DNA of 64,000 nt from Octopus sinensis (taxonomy: Eukaryota), in NCBI RefSeq assembly GCF_006345805.1, contig NC_042999.1, forward strand, positions 27,652,001 through 27,716,000. Direction: 5' to 3'. This document shows, piece after piece, positions 43,872 through 57,115 of the stretch. The notes below the pieces were generated by a model. The model was not told the DNA's origin. It ran no database searches and saw nothing but the letters and a program-made list of their open reading frames with translations. The translations under genes and the position numbers were made by a program. Position 1 is the stretch's first letter; every line of letters begins with the position of its first letter.

Positions 43872-44290
43872 GTAAGGGCTCCTGGTTGGCCCTTTACCAC
43901 AGGTCGGTGTTTGGCACTCTGTCGAACCACTTCAGATGGAGGATCTGCCGGAGACATTTGTTGATGAAGGTCTGGATCTTCTTGTAGTTGCTGAAGGTGG
44001 CTCTCCATGTTTCAGAGCCATGCAAAAGCACAGATTTTACGTTTGAACTAAATAAGCGGAGTTTAGTTCGAGTTAGCATGGCAGTGAACTTCCATACCGG
44101 CCGAAGAATAGCGACGGCTTGCCAAGCCTTCTTGCTTCTTGCCGTGATGTCCTCGTCTGATCCACTTGAGTTGCTGATCTTGCTACCAAGATAGACAAAC
44201 TCACTAACGTCCTCACAGGTGCCCGCTCGATTGTGATTAGCTCTTCCTGCTTGTTGTTGATACGCAGCATTTTTGTCTTTTCCCGGCTGA
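43872..44290 (-). mobile_element. RTE LINE fragment
   Basis: TKLRLFSSNVKSVLLHGSETW...FINKCLRQIL. Confidence 0.75.
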
Positions 44291-44767
44291 CCGCAAAAAG
44301 TGGAAAACAACTATTGAGGTCCTATTCTCCACAAGGGGCAAAACAGGATTAAGAAGAAGAATATATATGTGTGATGATAAACTTGTATATCATCACACAA
44401 CAAGTATCACACAAGCATCACACAACAAGTATATCATGACACATCAGGAAACACACTTTATTATGGACTAATTATGGATAAATGCATCTTCTGTGAGTAT
44501 GATACCTCTCCTCATATCTCCAGAAATCAAACTTACTTCAATATGGATGGATTTACATTTTCATTTTCATTTTCATTTTCATTTTCATTTTCTGGGAAAT
44601 TAAGAGGTTTTTTAAAATACTTTTTTAAAACCCGTTACATGACTGTGCAACACTAAAATAACTTTTAGAAGTCCGTTTGTTACCTAAATCTTATTTTTAT
44701 AGAACTATCCCTGATGTTTCAGGAGTGTAACATCACCCCTTTAGATGTTAAGAGGACTCAGATGTTT

Positions 44768-44856
44768 TTTCGGCTGATGAGTACGGGTCACTTATATTTA
44801 CTGCAATATTTGCAGCCTTAATAAAGCTGTCTTCGTACGAAACAATTGTACCGGAA
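44768..44856 (+). ncRNA. Type I hammerhead ribozyme with extended helix II
   Basis: TTTCGG-CTGATGA-GTACG-(48 nt)-CGTAC-GAAA-CAATTG-TA-CCGGAA; intact core, helix III palindrome ACAATTGT. Confidence 0.85.
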
Positions 44857-45304
44857 TATTGATCCATTCTTGTTGCTTTTTTCTTATTTATAATCACCCC
44901 GCATTATCTTATGGTTAACACCATATAGATTTCTGGTGCATCTAAGTTAAGTACCGCATTCATGTGAATTCAACAGAACTCACTTGAATCTTAATTGCTT
45001 TTACTATATATATATATAGTCAATAATAATAAGGGTAAAATTAATCAATTAGTAATTAATAATTTTACCAAGCAGTGTTCAGTATGTAAAAGGACCATTT
45101 ACGGTAAATTTAAACAGTACTTTATATAATGAGGGTTCAGCAAAAATTTTTACTTTACCACACATCGAACTTTTAGAAATAGCAGCCAAGGAATTTAGCT
45201 ATTTCCCCTACTATAAGAAGAGACTCCCAGACAATGTATACTCAAAAACAATTCACGTATACATAGAGGGGAAAAATACCGAAAGATCACTCGAAAATCG
45301 ATTA

Positions 45305-45387
45305 CTTGAGAACGCGTTTCTGGGTTAGTTAGAAATAGAGATGCTAGAAATACATAGCTATTCCAACATTCCTGTCATCAGCCCAAG
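45305..45387 (-). ncRNA. Type I hammerhead ribozyme (helix II base partly decayed)
   Basis: Minus strand: CTTGGG-CTGATGA-CAGG-(structured insert)-CCCA-GAAA-CGCG-TT-CTCAAG; helix III palindrome ACGCGT, GUU site. Confidence 0.7.
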
Positions 45388-45695
45388 ATTTCGTTAAATT
45401 TAAAGTGAGTATTGGCAAAGCTCTGCTAATTGTCACTCAAAGGGAAACTTCTCGTTATTCTCGCCCAGTCTTAAATAAAAAGAAGAAATTAAAGTCAGAT
45501 TACAAACATGTTTCTTGACTCTCTCTAGAGAATTTCAAAATGCACTTTTTTTTACTTCTTGCATGATAAACAGCCGAGGACCTAGGTTGCATACATTCCT
45601 TGACTGCTTATAACTCCGCAACCTCTGTATTCTCTGTACTATCGACAGATTTTACCAACTGCAGTTGTTAATGATATAGGAATATTAAACACACA

Positions 45696-45772
<77 letters not shown>

Positions 45773-45908
45773 CATACAAAAACACACAAGTGTGGTAATG
45801 TGACAAGTAATGAGATATCTAAATACACATGAAAATTTAATCTATCACACTGAGTTTTCTAAGTATCGTGGTCATATTTTGCGGAGAAATACATGAAAAC
45901 AAATCGCC

Positions 45909-45961
<53 letters not shown>

Positions 45962-46233
45962 GTGTGCGTGAGAGTGTGTGCGCGCGCGCAAGCTCACGCT
46001 TATGCTCAACTTATGTATCTATATAATACAAGGAACTGCAAAAATAATTTTAGTTAATTGAGATTTTTCTTCACAAATCCAAGACAAAAGCTCTTATATC
46101 GGAGCTGAAAAAAAAATGGAAACAGCAAACCTGACAAATATTACTATAAATATAATATAAATTATGCAGTTAAGGATATTGTCTTCAAGTCAACAGACAT
46201 GTTTTGATCTTATCAGTATATTATATATATATA

Positions 46234-46280
<47 letters not shown>

Positions 46281-46544
46281 GGTGTGTCTCCCCTCTCTCT
46301 CTCTTTATATATATACAATATGAATAATATATATATGCATATATACATACATATACTCTTTTACTCTTTTATTTGTTTCAGTCATTTGACTGTGGCCATG
46401 CTGGAGCACCGCCTTTAAGCGGTGTACATACCTACATATATATGTATATATACATGCATATATGGGTACAGGACGTCAAAAACGTGAACAAAATGAGAAA
46501 CGAAAAATAAAGAACAAAAACATGGAAACATGGAAGTTCACTGC

Positions 46545-46727
46545 CATCTTAACTCGAACTAAATTCCGCTTATTTAGTTCAAACGTAAAATCTGTGCTTT
46601 TGTATGGCTCTGAAACATGAATAGCCACCCACAGCAACTACAAGAAGATCCAGACCTTCATCAACAAATGTCTCCGGCAGATCCTCCATCTGATGTGGTT
46701 CGACAGAGTGCCAAACACCGACCTGTG
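46545..46727 (+). mobile_element. RTE LINE fragment (same family as 43872-44290, opposite strand)
   Basis: VKSVLLYGSET..., FINKCLRQIL. Confidence 0.7.
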
Positions 46728-48599
46728 TTTCGAACAACGAAAGAAACAAATAGAGAAACGAGACAGGTAACGTAAAGAACATTCCCTTCATCAGGTGTTC
46801 CCTTTTTTTATCTACTCCGCGTTTCGAACGTAGGGACAAGACGAGACTTCGTTAAAACAGTCGTTCCCGCAAAGCAAATTTAAAAAAAAAACAAAAAAAC
46901 ATTAGGGATTTGCGAAGGCTTAAAGTGGTGACAAAAACAGAACAGTGAGAACAAAACAGTAAAAACAAACGGTAAGGGCTGTTAAGCCATGAGTGGGTGA
47001 AGTGGTGAACGCCTATATATATATATATAATTATTATAGATATAGGGTAAAAAAAATATTAATTTATAATTAATAAATTTCACCAAGTAGTTTCGGTATT
47101 ATTAATTATAAATTAATAATTTTTTACCCTATATCTATAATAATTATTTTACTCCCTGATAACAAGGAAAGCTGCGGATCTATTCTCTGCGGTACTGTCT
47201 CGTGACGCACATGGTGTAGAAATTGGTGGCAAATATGAATTTCACTCGTCTATATAAATTCGGATATGCTAACCACCTTGTGTGATGTTCTGATGTCGCT
47301 TGGTCAGAAATGCAAAGGGTAAGTTTTCTAGCATTTTTTAATTTATAACTATCGGAATATTATGTTGATAAGGAAATGAGTTTTAAACTCTAATCCAGAA
47401 ACGCGTCCATAATTAACCGAAGACTGTTTGATTTCATTATTTTCTTTCTTTCTTTTTTTTTTTTTTGCCTGTGTGAGAGGGTTATCTGTACAGTCATATT
47501 TTGTAGCGAAAAGAAATAACGGTCTTTTGGTTGCTATTTCTCGTTGCTAAACCCTTAATTATTGTTATATATATATAAGTTTAAACAGCAGCAGCCGAAG
47601 AAGAAGAGTGCAAAGAAAGCTGAGGGGAAAAAGAACAAGAATAAGAACAAGACAGGAGTGGTATTACCCAGTAGTAGAGGCTGTCCGTGGAATCTACTTT
47701 AATGGTCAAGTAACCTTAAAGTGAGCTGTAGTGGTTGTAGCAGGAACTGTTTTAAATAAATTCATGGGTAGCAGCTGTTCTTAATATATCTATCGTTTTT
47801 AATATTTGGGTGGGTATTATTCTAAGATTCTTTTAGTAGTGTCATCTGTGGTGGAAACATTCAAAAGAGGTTTATATTTTGAGATGAAATATGATTATTT
47901 GCTAATGCACTGACTATAGTTTGTATTGTCCCTACGCTAAGTTTATTGAGGAGAAAAATTCTAAAGTTGGGTTGTTCTTGATTGGCGCAAATCTCGATGT
48001 GTTCACTTAATGCTATTTTTCTGTATTCCCGGGTAATTCCAACCACGTTTCGGGGTTCGTTACCTCAACAGCTCCTTTATAGGATCCAGTGGCTAATGAC
48101 ATCATCGGGAGGAACAACGTACGATTTTGGCCCCTACTCCTCTACCGTTTTCGACAAGACGCCCCCAACACTTTCGTAGATGCCTTCAGCTCTGATGTTG
48201 AGTACATTTTTTTTCTCTTTTCTTTGGCCTTTTCTTCTTTGGTTTCTTCGATGCAGCGTCGACGAATGTGAGCGGGCGAAAGCCGACCCTTGTAAATTTC
48301 CCTTTAAATACTCGCTGGTAGGCTCCAGCAGCCAGCGCTACACAACTATCATGTGACACAATCTAGGCTTCAACTGATCTGTAGAGAGGAAGAGCGCAGA
48401 GTTTTGGCCCGCGCCTTCTCTTGAACTACCTCTTGAACTACATAGCAAATACAAGAACAACTTCATCACAAGGGACAGTAGATTACCCAGATTCTGTCAC
48501 CTCATTAAAACACACAAGGATAGCAACACCATTCAGATTAGACCCATCGTCTCCAGCCTGGAAGGACCTCTATGTAAAATACCCTGACTCCTTTCCTAC

Positions 48600-49845
48600 A
48601 TCCTGAAACCCATACTCTCCCCCTTTCCTGTACACATCAAAAACTCCGACGAAGTCATCAAAAGATTGCGCCAACTGCCGCCAGACCAACTCAGACAAAA
48701 CAAATATGCCTTTAGTCTTGGCGTTGTCTCAATGTACACAACGGTACCAGCACACTCGGCAGTCAGCCTATTGACTGACTGCATAGCAGCGTCCGACATC
48801 CACTACTTCGGACTCACCGCAGCTGATATACATCAACTATTGTCCATCATCGTGGACAACACCTACTTCTCTTTCCATGATTACATATACAAACAGACAA
48901 CAGGTATCCCCATGGGATCCAGTCTTTCGTGCCTACTAGCTATCATATATATGAACCATCTGGAAGTCGAGTACTCAACATCTGCCGCTCATGCGCCTTC
49001 TTCACCGGGTACGTAGATGACATCCTCGTACTCGCATTCTCTCGTGGAGAGGCAGACAAAATATTCACGACGTTCAACAACATGGATATGAATATACGGT
49101 TCACTATACAACATCCTGACAACACTGGATCCCTATCACTACTCGGCTTCCAACTGAAAATAACAGAAGAAGAAGAGACCCACACCGAGTTCTACAGGAA
49201 AGTAGCCAGTAGAGATATATTTGTTCAGTGCAATTCAGCCCTTCGACTCGGTGCCAAAATAGGATACGCCAGAAATGATATTGCACGCGTCCAGAGCAAG
49301 TGCAGCAAGACAGAGGACAAGGTCACCCACACCTCATGCTTCCTAGAGATACTGAAAACCAACGGGCACCATATATCCATTGTAAATCGGCTTAAGTACT
49401 CAAGACGACAAACACGTCGAACACACAGAAAAATCATCCAGCAAATGCTTCCTTAAAATACCCCATTTTAGTGAGAGGATAACTACAGTCATCCGAAGAG
49501 CCATAAGAAGGGAAGGATTAGACATACAACTAGCTCCCTCCGGCGCCTCTCTGAGAAGACGCCTAGCAAAGAAACGAGCAAGGGACAGCAATCAATGCAC
49601 ACTAGTTAACTGCCCCGTTCGTGACACACATTTATGTTAACGGGTAAATGTTGTGTATAGAATACAATGTAATAAATGCAGCAAGTTCTATGTGAGTAGC
49701 ACAACAAGATCGTTACACATTCGCATCAAAGAACATCGGAAGGCGAGAGCCTCCTCCTTCAGAAAACATCTAGACAGATGACGGAACACCGAAAAAAGCA
49801 TAACAGTTACAATTGAGGCCAATGAAAGAAATTTGGGTAATGTAA
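48600..49845 (+). mobile_element. Degenerate Penelope-like element, RT + GIY-YIG with frameshifts
   Basis: SLGVVSMYTTVP, YKQTTGIPMGSSLS, GYVDDIL, then NVVYRIQCNKCSKFYV...SLHIRIKEH. Confidence 0.85.
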
Positions 49846-49863
49846 GAATATATATATATATAT

Positions 49864-50100
49864 ATTGCAACCAACAATGAAACACGGTGACTGTTTTGTG
49901 ATGGTCTGGGAAGCAATGGTTGATAAGAGCTGGTGGAGTGTGAGGGAAACATAAACTCAAATAAATATTTGTCCATATTGCAGAAGAGATTCCTTTCAAT
50001 CTTCTCCGATCGTGAAATGATTAAAGAAGACTCTTCATTTATGGAATGTGGTGCTCCTTGTCACACGGCGAAAAAGACCCAAGATTGGTTGGAAGAGAAG
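49864..50100 (+). mobile_element. Tc1/mariner transposase DDE fragment
   Basis: LQPTMKHGDCFVMVW; EGNINSNKYLSIL; CGAPCHTAKKTQDWL. Confidence 0.8.
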
Positions 50101-50744
50101 CTTTCATGCCCAAGCTAGTAACCAGATAATGACGGTAAAATATTCAGAACATTGATTGTTTAGTACTTTCACTCGACTTGTTCAGTCAACCGTGTCAGTT
50201 TGAACTTACGACGCTAAACATTGTCACTTGAAATTAACATACGGATGTAGCGAGGAACCTAGACATTTCTAAGACCAGTAATGTGATTATCTTCTACCAA
50301 TCAAACTCAGGTGAAGAGAAATAACCCAGAAATCGCAATACACAGATATTGTTTTGAGCTGAGTGGGGATGTTAAATTCCCTTGTTCGAAAATATAAGGA
50401 CACTGATCGTGTCGTATAGCCAGCTGGAGACGATGTCTCCCGGAGCTAAATCACAGCAACATTAATCCTAAACCAGAACTGCTATGTTATGTTGGCAAAC
50501 AATCTTTACTACAAAGTACTGAATATCTCATGTCGTGAGATTTAGAAATAGGAATTTTCCAATCAAACCCTATTCAAAATATATAATAATTTGAGCCATC
50601 TTCAAAAACTAGTCAGAAATAAAACAGCGGTGACATAAACCGCCTCTTTTTATTTCATATATTTGAAAATCAGTGTAAACTGTGAAACCGGTTAAATCTT
50701 CAAAATATAATAATAAAAATATATTAACTATTCTCAGTGCATTT

Positions 50745-50751
50745 GCAGTTT

Positions 50752-50795
<44 letters not shown>

Positions 50796-50979
50796 GAGAA
50801 AGAGAGAGAGTGAGATGTGCATACGTATACGAATGTTTGTGTGTACGGAGTGCAATAAATATGGAATATACCCAATATAGATCTGGGAAAAACATAGTTC
50901 AAATAAGGACTCAATGCACAATTATTAATAGTAATGTGTATGTGTGTGTGTGTATACGTGTATATATATATATATATAT

Positions 50980-51010
<31 letters not shown>

Positions 51011-51025
51011 ATACGTGTGTGTGTA

Positions 51026-51066
<41 letters not shown>

Positions 51067-51297
51067 GTGTGCGTGTGTGTGTGTGTGTGTGTGCATATGG
51101 GTATACATGTGTGTGTTTGTATGTATGTATATATATCTGCGTGGGGGAGAGTATGTGTGTATAGCACACACACACACACATATATGGAATATGTCCAATA
51201 CAGATCCGGGAAAAATGGTTCAAATAAGGACTTACTGTACAATCATTATTAACTGTTCGTGCGGTTGCGAGCACGTGTTCGTAAACATGCATACATA

Positions 51298-51366
<69 letters not shown>

Positions 51367-51465
51367 TATATATATATGTATATATGTATACATTTATGTA
51401 TGTATGTATGCATATATATGTATATATATATATGTATGTAGTGTGTGTGTGTGTGTATATATATA

Positions 51466-51538
<73 letters not shown>

Positions 51539-52120
51539 ATATATTATATATATATATATTATATATTATATATATGTCAGGTGGTGCTATTAAGTTAGAC
51601 ATGGCCTGGACCAATCATTGGTCGAAACATATCTAAGTTTATCTAAGTTTATGTATGCATATATATGTATATATATGTATGTATGTGTGTGTGTATATAT
51701 ATATATGTGTGTGTGTATATATATTATATATATATATTTTTATATATTATATATATGTATGTATGCATATATATGTATATATATGTATGTATGTGTGTGT
51801 GTATATATATATTATATATATATCTTTATATGTTATATATATATGTATGTATGCATATATATGTATATATATGTATGTATGTGTGTGTGTATATATATAT
51901 GTGTGTGTGTGTATATATATTATATATATATATCTTTATATATTATATATATGTATGTATGCATATATATGTATATATATGTATGTATGTGTGTGTGTAT
52001 ATATATATTATATATATATCTTTATATGTTATATATATATGTATGTATGCATTTATATGTTATATATATATGTATGTATGCATATATATGTTATATATAT
52101 GTATGTATGTATGTATGCAT
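50745..52120. repeat. Compound (TA)/(TG)/(TATG) microsatellite with higher-order units
   Basis: Direct reading. Confidence 0.9.
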
Positions 52121-52265
52121 GTATATTTACGTATATGCTCTCCCATGCCACAAAGACAATACCACACGTACACACGCACAGATCTCATTGAGATGATAAC
52201 GAATTTGCTGAAGTCATAGATAATATTACTTTGGAAGACATTGGCAAAAATTGAACAAATAACAA

Positions 52266-52296
<31 letters not shown>

Positions 52297-52789
52297 ACGA
52301 AGAACAGAAATCATAAAAATGACAAACAAACAAAAAAATATTCAAAATAATAACAAAATAAATATGCTTAAACAAAAAATAGTAATTAAACATCGAAATA
52401 TTAAAGAGGTAAACTAGAGATGGGGAAACGAATTTAGCGACTACAACAATAACACGACCAATATATCAGAGAAGGCTTTTCACCAAGTACCAAGCGACTT
52501 TGAGACTGCTGAAGCGGATGTATTTGGAATGATGAATCTTAATTTAGTAAGTTATCAATGAATGAGGAGTATTAACCACCGGGAGGGATAACAAGGGAGG
52601 ACTAAGAAAGAATAAAGGCGGTGGGACAGGATGGGGGTGGGTGGGGGGTATTTGGGAAGGGGGGGGGATATAACGTCAGTCTGTCGGTTTGTCTGTCTGT
52701 GTGTTGTCTTTATGCGAATAGAAACCGGGGTGGGGTTGGGTTCAGAGTAGGTTGAGTACGTTCCAATGGGTAATTGGACTTTTAATCCA

Positions 52790-53024
52790 CATACATATAT
52801 ACACACATATATATATATCCATATATATATACACATAAATATATATATCCATATATATATACACACATATATATATATATCCATATATATATATATATAT
52901 ACACATATATATATCCATATATATATATATATATATACACAGATATATATCCATATATATATATATATCCATCTATATATTATATATATATAGATATCCA
53001 TCTATATATATATATCATATAGAT

Positions 53025-53057
<33 letters not shown>

Positions 53058-53066
53058 CCATAATAT

Positions 53067-53100
<34 letters not shown>

Positions 53101-53112
53101 ATATATATATAT

Positions 53113-53150
<38 letters not shown>

Positions 53151-53813
53151 ATATATATATATATCCATATAGATATATATATATATCCATATATATATAT
53201 ATATATCCATATATATATATAGATATATTATCCAATATATATTATATATATATATTCCATATATATATATATATATATATCCATATATATATATATATAT
53301 ATATATCCATATATATATATATATATATATCCATATATATATATATTATATCCATATATATAATATATAATATCCTATATATAATATATATATAGATATA
53401 TATATATTATATATATATATATATATCCATATATTATATATATATAGCCATATATATATTATAATATATATATATATAGATATATATCCATATATATATA
53501 TATATATACCATATATATATATATATATATATATATCCAATAGATATATATGTATATATATATCAATAATATATATAATATATATATCCATATATATATA
53601 GATATATATATAGATATATATATATAATCCATATATATATATATGTAGGATATATCCATATATATATATATATATATAATCCATAATATTAATATATATA
53701 TATCCATATATATTATATATATATATATATATACATATATATATACACATAAATATATATCCATATATATATATCTCCATATATATATATATATACACAA
53801 TATATATAATCCA

Positions 53814-53887
<74 letters not shown>

Positions 53888-53890
53888 GTG

Positions 53891-53930
<40 letters not shown>

Positions 53931-53972
53931 AATATAATATATATATATATAATATTATATGTGTGTGTGTTG

Positions 53973-54020
<48 letters not shown>

Positions 54021-54022
54021 GA
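52790..54022. repeat. (TA)n array punctuated by CC/G variants
   Basis: Recurring TCCATATATA units. Confidence 0.9.
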
Positions 54023-54869
54023 TTATACCTGCTTTTATGATTGGATTTAGATGAGAATGCATTTCAGCAATAAATTGGGTTTGGCTAATCACTTGCACTC
54101 ACCTCTAACTGCCACCAGCCCCCACCCACCAGCGCCACCACCATCACCACCACTACCACCACCACTGCCATCATCACCGTCAGACCTACCATGACTACCA
54201 CGACGACCTACCTACCCCACCCCCGCCACTGCCGTCCGGTATTCATTGTTTTCTGTGAACTAATTTCTTTGCATTTTTTTTCTTTTCCTGTTTATGCGCT
54301 CGTGTGCATGTGTAAGTGTATGCATGAGTTTCTGTTTGTATGTATGCATGATTATATATATGTATATACATACACACACGCACATACACACACACACACA
54401 TACACACACACACACATAAACAATTAGCTTCTTTATTCTATTTTGAGAAACACGCACCAGTTAATCCTATTCATTTTATTATTTTTTTTTCCATTGCCTT
54501 TGCCATCTCCTTTCAATGAATTTCATTATTTATTTTGATTACAAGCATAATTATAATTATCATTATCATCATTATCATCATTGTTATTATCTGTAAAAGA
54601 ATAATTCTAAAGAATGTTATTATTTGTGAAAGAACTTTATAGCATTTTGGCTGACTAATACGAATCCTTATTTTGTGGACAGGCAGCCGTATTTCTGCCA
54701 GAGTGAATCTGCACGCAAATCAGAAATATTTGCTTTGTCAGACACCTATATAAGCTTTTCTTAGCATCTTTATTGTACTCACCAGGTATGTTGCTTATAT
54801 TGATTAAATAAAAAATATATATTTCTGATGTTGTCGATATTCTTGCTGTTGTTTAACCATAGGCCAACC

Positions 54870-55730
54870 TGATCTTTTCGGTTTGAACGGAATTTTTTTC
54901 TAGCGGCGTCATATGAAATTGTCACCCATAATTATGACCCTAGTATAGATCTATTGCATTTCAATCTGTTTTAGGGTTAGGGTTAATTGGGATTAGGGTT
55001 AGGGGTGGGGGAAGGGTATCTTTTTTTCTTCACAAATCTAAATAAACCCAATCTGTTTCTTGAACGAGGGACATATTCATACGGCACAGAATGTTTTTTT
55101 TTAGCTCAATAGACGTGAGTGATTGGTTGAAATTTCAGAAATTGAAGAAAAAACAACAACAAGTATCTTACAAACTATAGAATTTTCTCAATAAAGCCAA
55201 GAGAAAAAGATGTTTTATAAACACATTCTATCAGTATACGAAGTTTAAATTTTTTTAGTTACTCTCTTTTACTCTCTCTTTTACCTGTTTCAGTCATTTG
55301 ACTGCGGCCATGCTGGATCACCGCCTTTAGTCGAGCAAATCGGCCCCGGAACTTATTCTTTGTAAGCCAAGTGCTTATTCTATCGGTCTCTTTTGCCGAA
55401 CCGCTAAGTGACGGGGACGTAAACACACCAGCATCGGTTGTCAAGCAATGCTAGGGGTACAAACATAGACACACAAACACATACACATACATACATATAT
55501 ATATATATACATATATACGACAGGCTTCTTTCAGTTTCCGTCTACCAAACCCACTCACAAGGCATTGGTCAGCCCGGGGCTATAGCAGAAGGCACTTGCC
55601 CAAGATGCCACGCAGTGGGACTGAACCCGGAACCATGTGGTTGGTTAGCAAGTTACTTACCACACAGCCACTCCTGCGCCTATTTACCTAGAAATTATGT
55701 TAAAAACTGACGTTCAAACCGAAAAGATCC
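54870..55730 (+). mobile_element. hAT-type MITE with internal TTAGGG repeats, interrupted by a SINE (55261-55680)
   Basis: TIR GGATCTTTTCGGTTTGAAC-type; perfect TSD GGCCAACC. Confidence 0.85.
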
Positions 55731-56695
55731 GGCCAACCTTGATCAAACAGGTGTTGTGATCAAAGGGTGTTGTGAAAGGCCTGGCTGGGGGCCCAGCCTT
55801 CCGAGTTCTTTTATAGAGCTTAGAAGATCTGAAAGATCACTGCAATAAGTGTGTGGATTTGAGAGGTGGAATATGTTGAATAAAATCATAATTAACTGTT
55901 CCTCTTATGTTTTCTTTTACACAAAGCCAAGAACTTTCAGAAACCCCTCGTATAACAGAGTAGACCATATATAACCATCGTGTCATTTATATAGTGTTTC
56001 TTGAACCACATTATGTCGTGTGTCCTTCACGACACATGTCGTAAACGATATTTTGTGAATGAAAGAATTGGTTGCTATTTTTAGCAATCGAATGACTACA
56101 TAGTGCCTGTTAGTGCTTGAGCTGCTTCATAATCTATTCATATTCTAACAAAACAATTAAGGATAAAAATTTGCTTTTAATTTCAACTAGAGTTAAAACA
56201 GGAAATATAAGAGACGTAGTGTCAGTCATGTGACAAAAGTGAATCCCTAGAACTCAATGCTGAACGATATAACATTGGAAATAATTTGTTTTAAAGCCGT
56301 GGTACACATTAATGAAAGTTTGAGTTAATAAGTTTTAGTTGAACTGCCAATCAAGGAGCCGAACTTTCGCATCTCTTCACAGGCAGAAATGTTGTTTGGC
56401 GATAGACAAAATACAAAACTAATTTACTTTCTCGCATATATAAGGTATATTTTTGGCCTGCAGGTCCCAGACGTGGCTGGCAAGCTGAGTGGTTTTCTTG
56501 TCAACGTGCCGCAAAGAAGACTGGTGGTTGGCATCTATATTTTTAAAGTCACTTTCAGATAGATCAATATATATATATTTCTTTTCTTTTCAGTCTCGTA
56601 ATTTGGAAAAACCCAACTGACCTCGGCATCGTATACCACTGAGGTACCTATGCATGTCTTTCAAGTGAGTAAGCATCTGGATCACTGCAGTAATA

Positions 56696-57115
56696 GGATC
56701 TTTTCGGTTTGAATGGCAGTTTTTTCTAGCGGTGTCATATGAAATTGTCACCCATAATTATGACCCTAGTATCGATCTATTGCATTTAAATCTATTTTAG
56801 GGTTAGGGTTAGGGGTGTGGGGAAGGGTATCTTTTTTTCTTCACAAATGTAAATAAACCTAATCTGTTTCTTAAACGAGGGACATATTCATACGGCACAG
56901 AATGTTTTTTTTTACCTCAATAGACGTCAGTGATTGGTTGAAATTGCAGAAATTGAAGAAAAAAAACAACAAATATCTTACAAACTATAGAATTTTCTCA
57001 ATAAAGCCAAGAGAAAAAGATGTTTTATAAACACATTCTATCAGTATACGAAGTTCAAAATTTTTTAGTTACCTAGAAATTATGTTAAAAACTGCTGTTC
57101 AAACCGAAAATATCC
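56696..57115 (+). mobile_element. Same TTAGGG-bearing hAT MITE, intact 420 bp
   Basis: TSD CAGTAATA/AAGTAATA. Confidence 0.85.

Noticed and set aside
47155-47320. HGVEIGG...FGYANHLV as an RT fragment
   Set aside because: Probably a LINE YADD-region relic, but too short and broken to classify.
48040-48085. Minus-strand CTGTTGAGG..CCCCGAAACGT
   Set aside because: HHR-like, but helix I is absent and the cleavage position is G; too decayed to call.
42109-54457. Many long ORFs (IY, YI, HT, CV repeats; also 5555-5962 and 20873-21479)
   Set aside because: Stop-free translations of microsatellites, not genes.
54971-55010. TTAGGG repeats as a telomere or healed chromosome end
   Set aside because: They are internal to a TIR/TSD-bounded MITE present three times.
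54673-56665. AG...GT-bounded segments (about 54673-54784 and 56594-56664) as exons of another gene
   Set aside because: The second has stops in all frames and neither shows recognisable homology; UTR or lncRNA exons cannot be excluded without RNA data.
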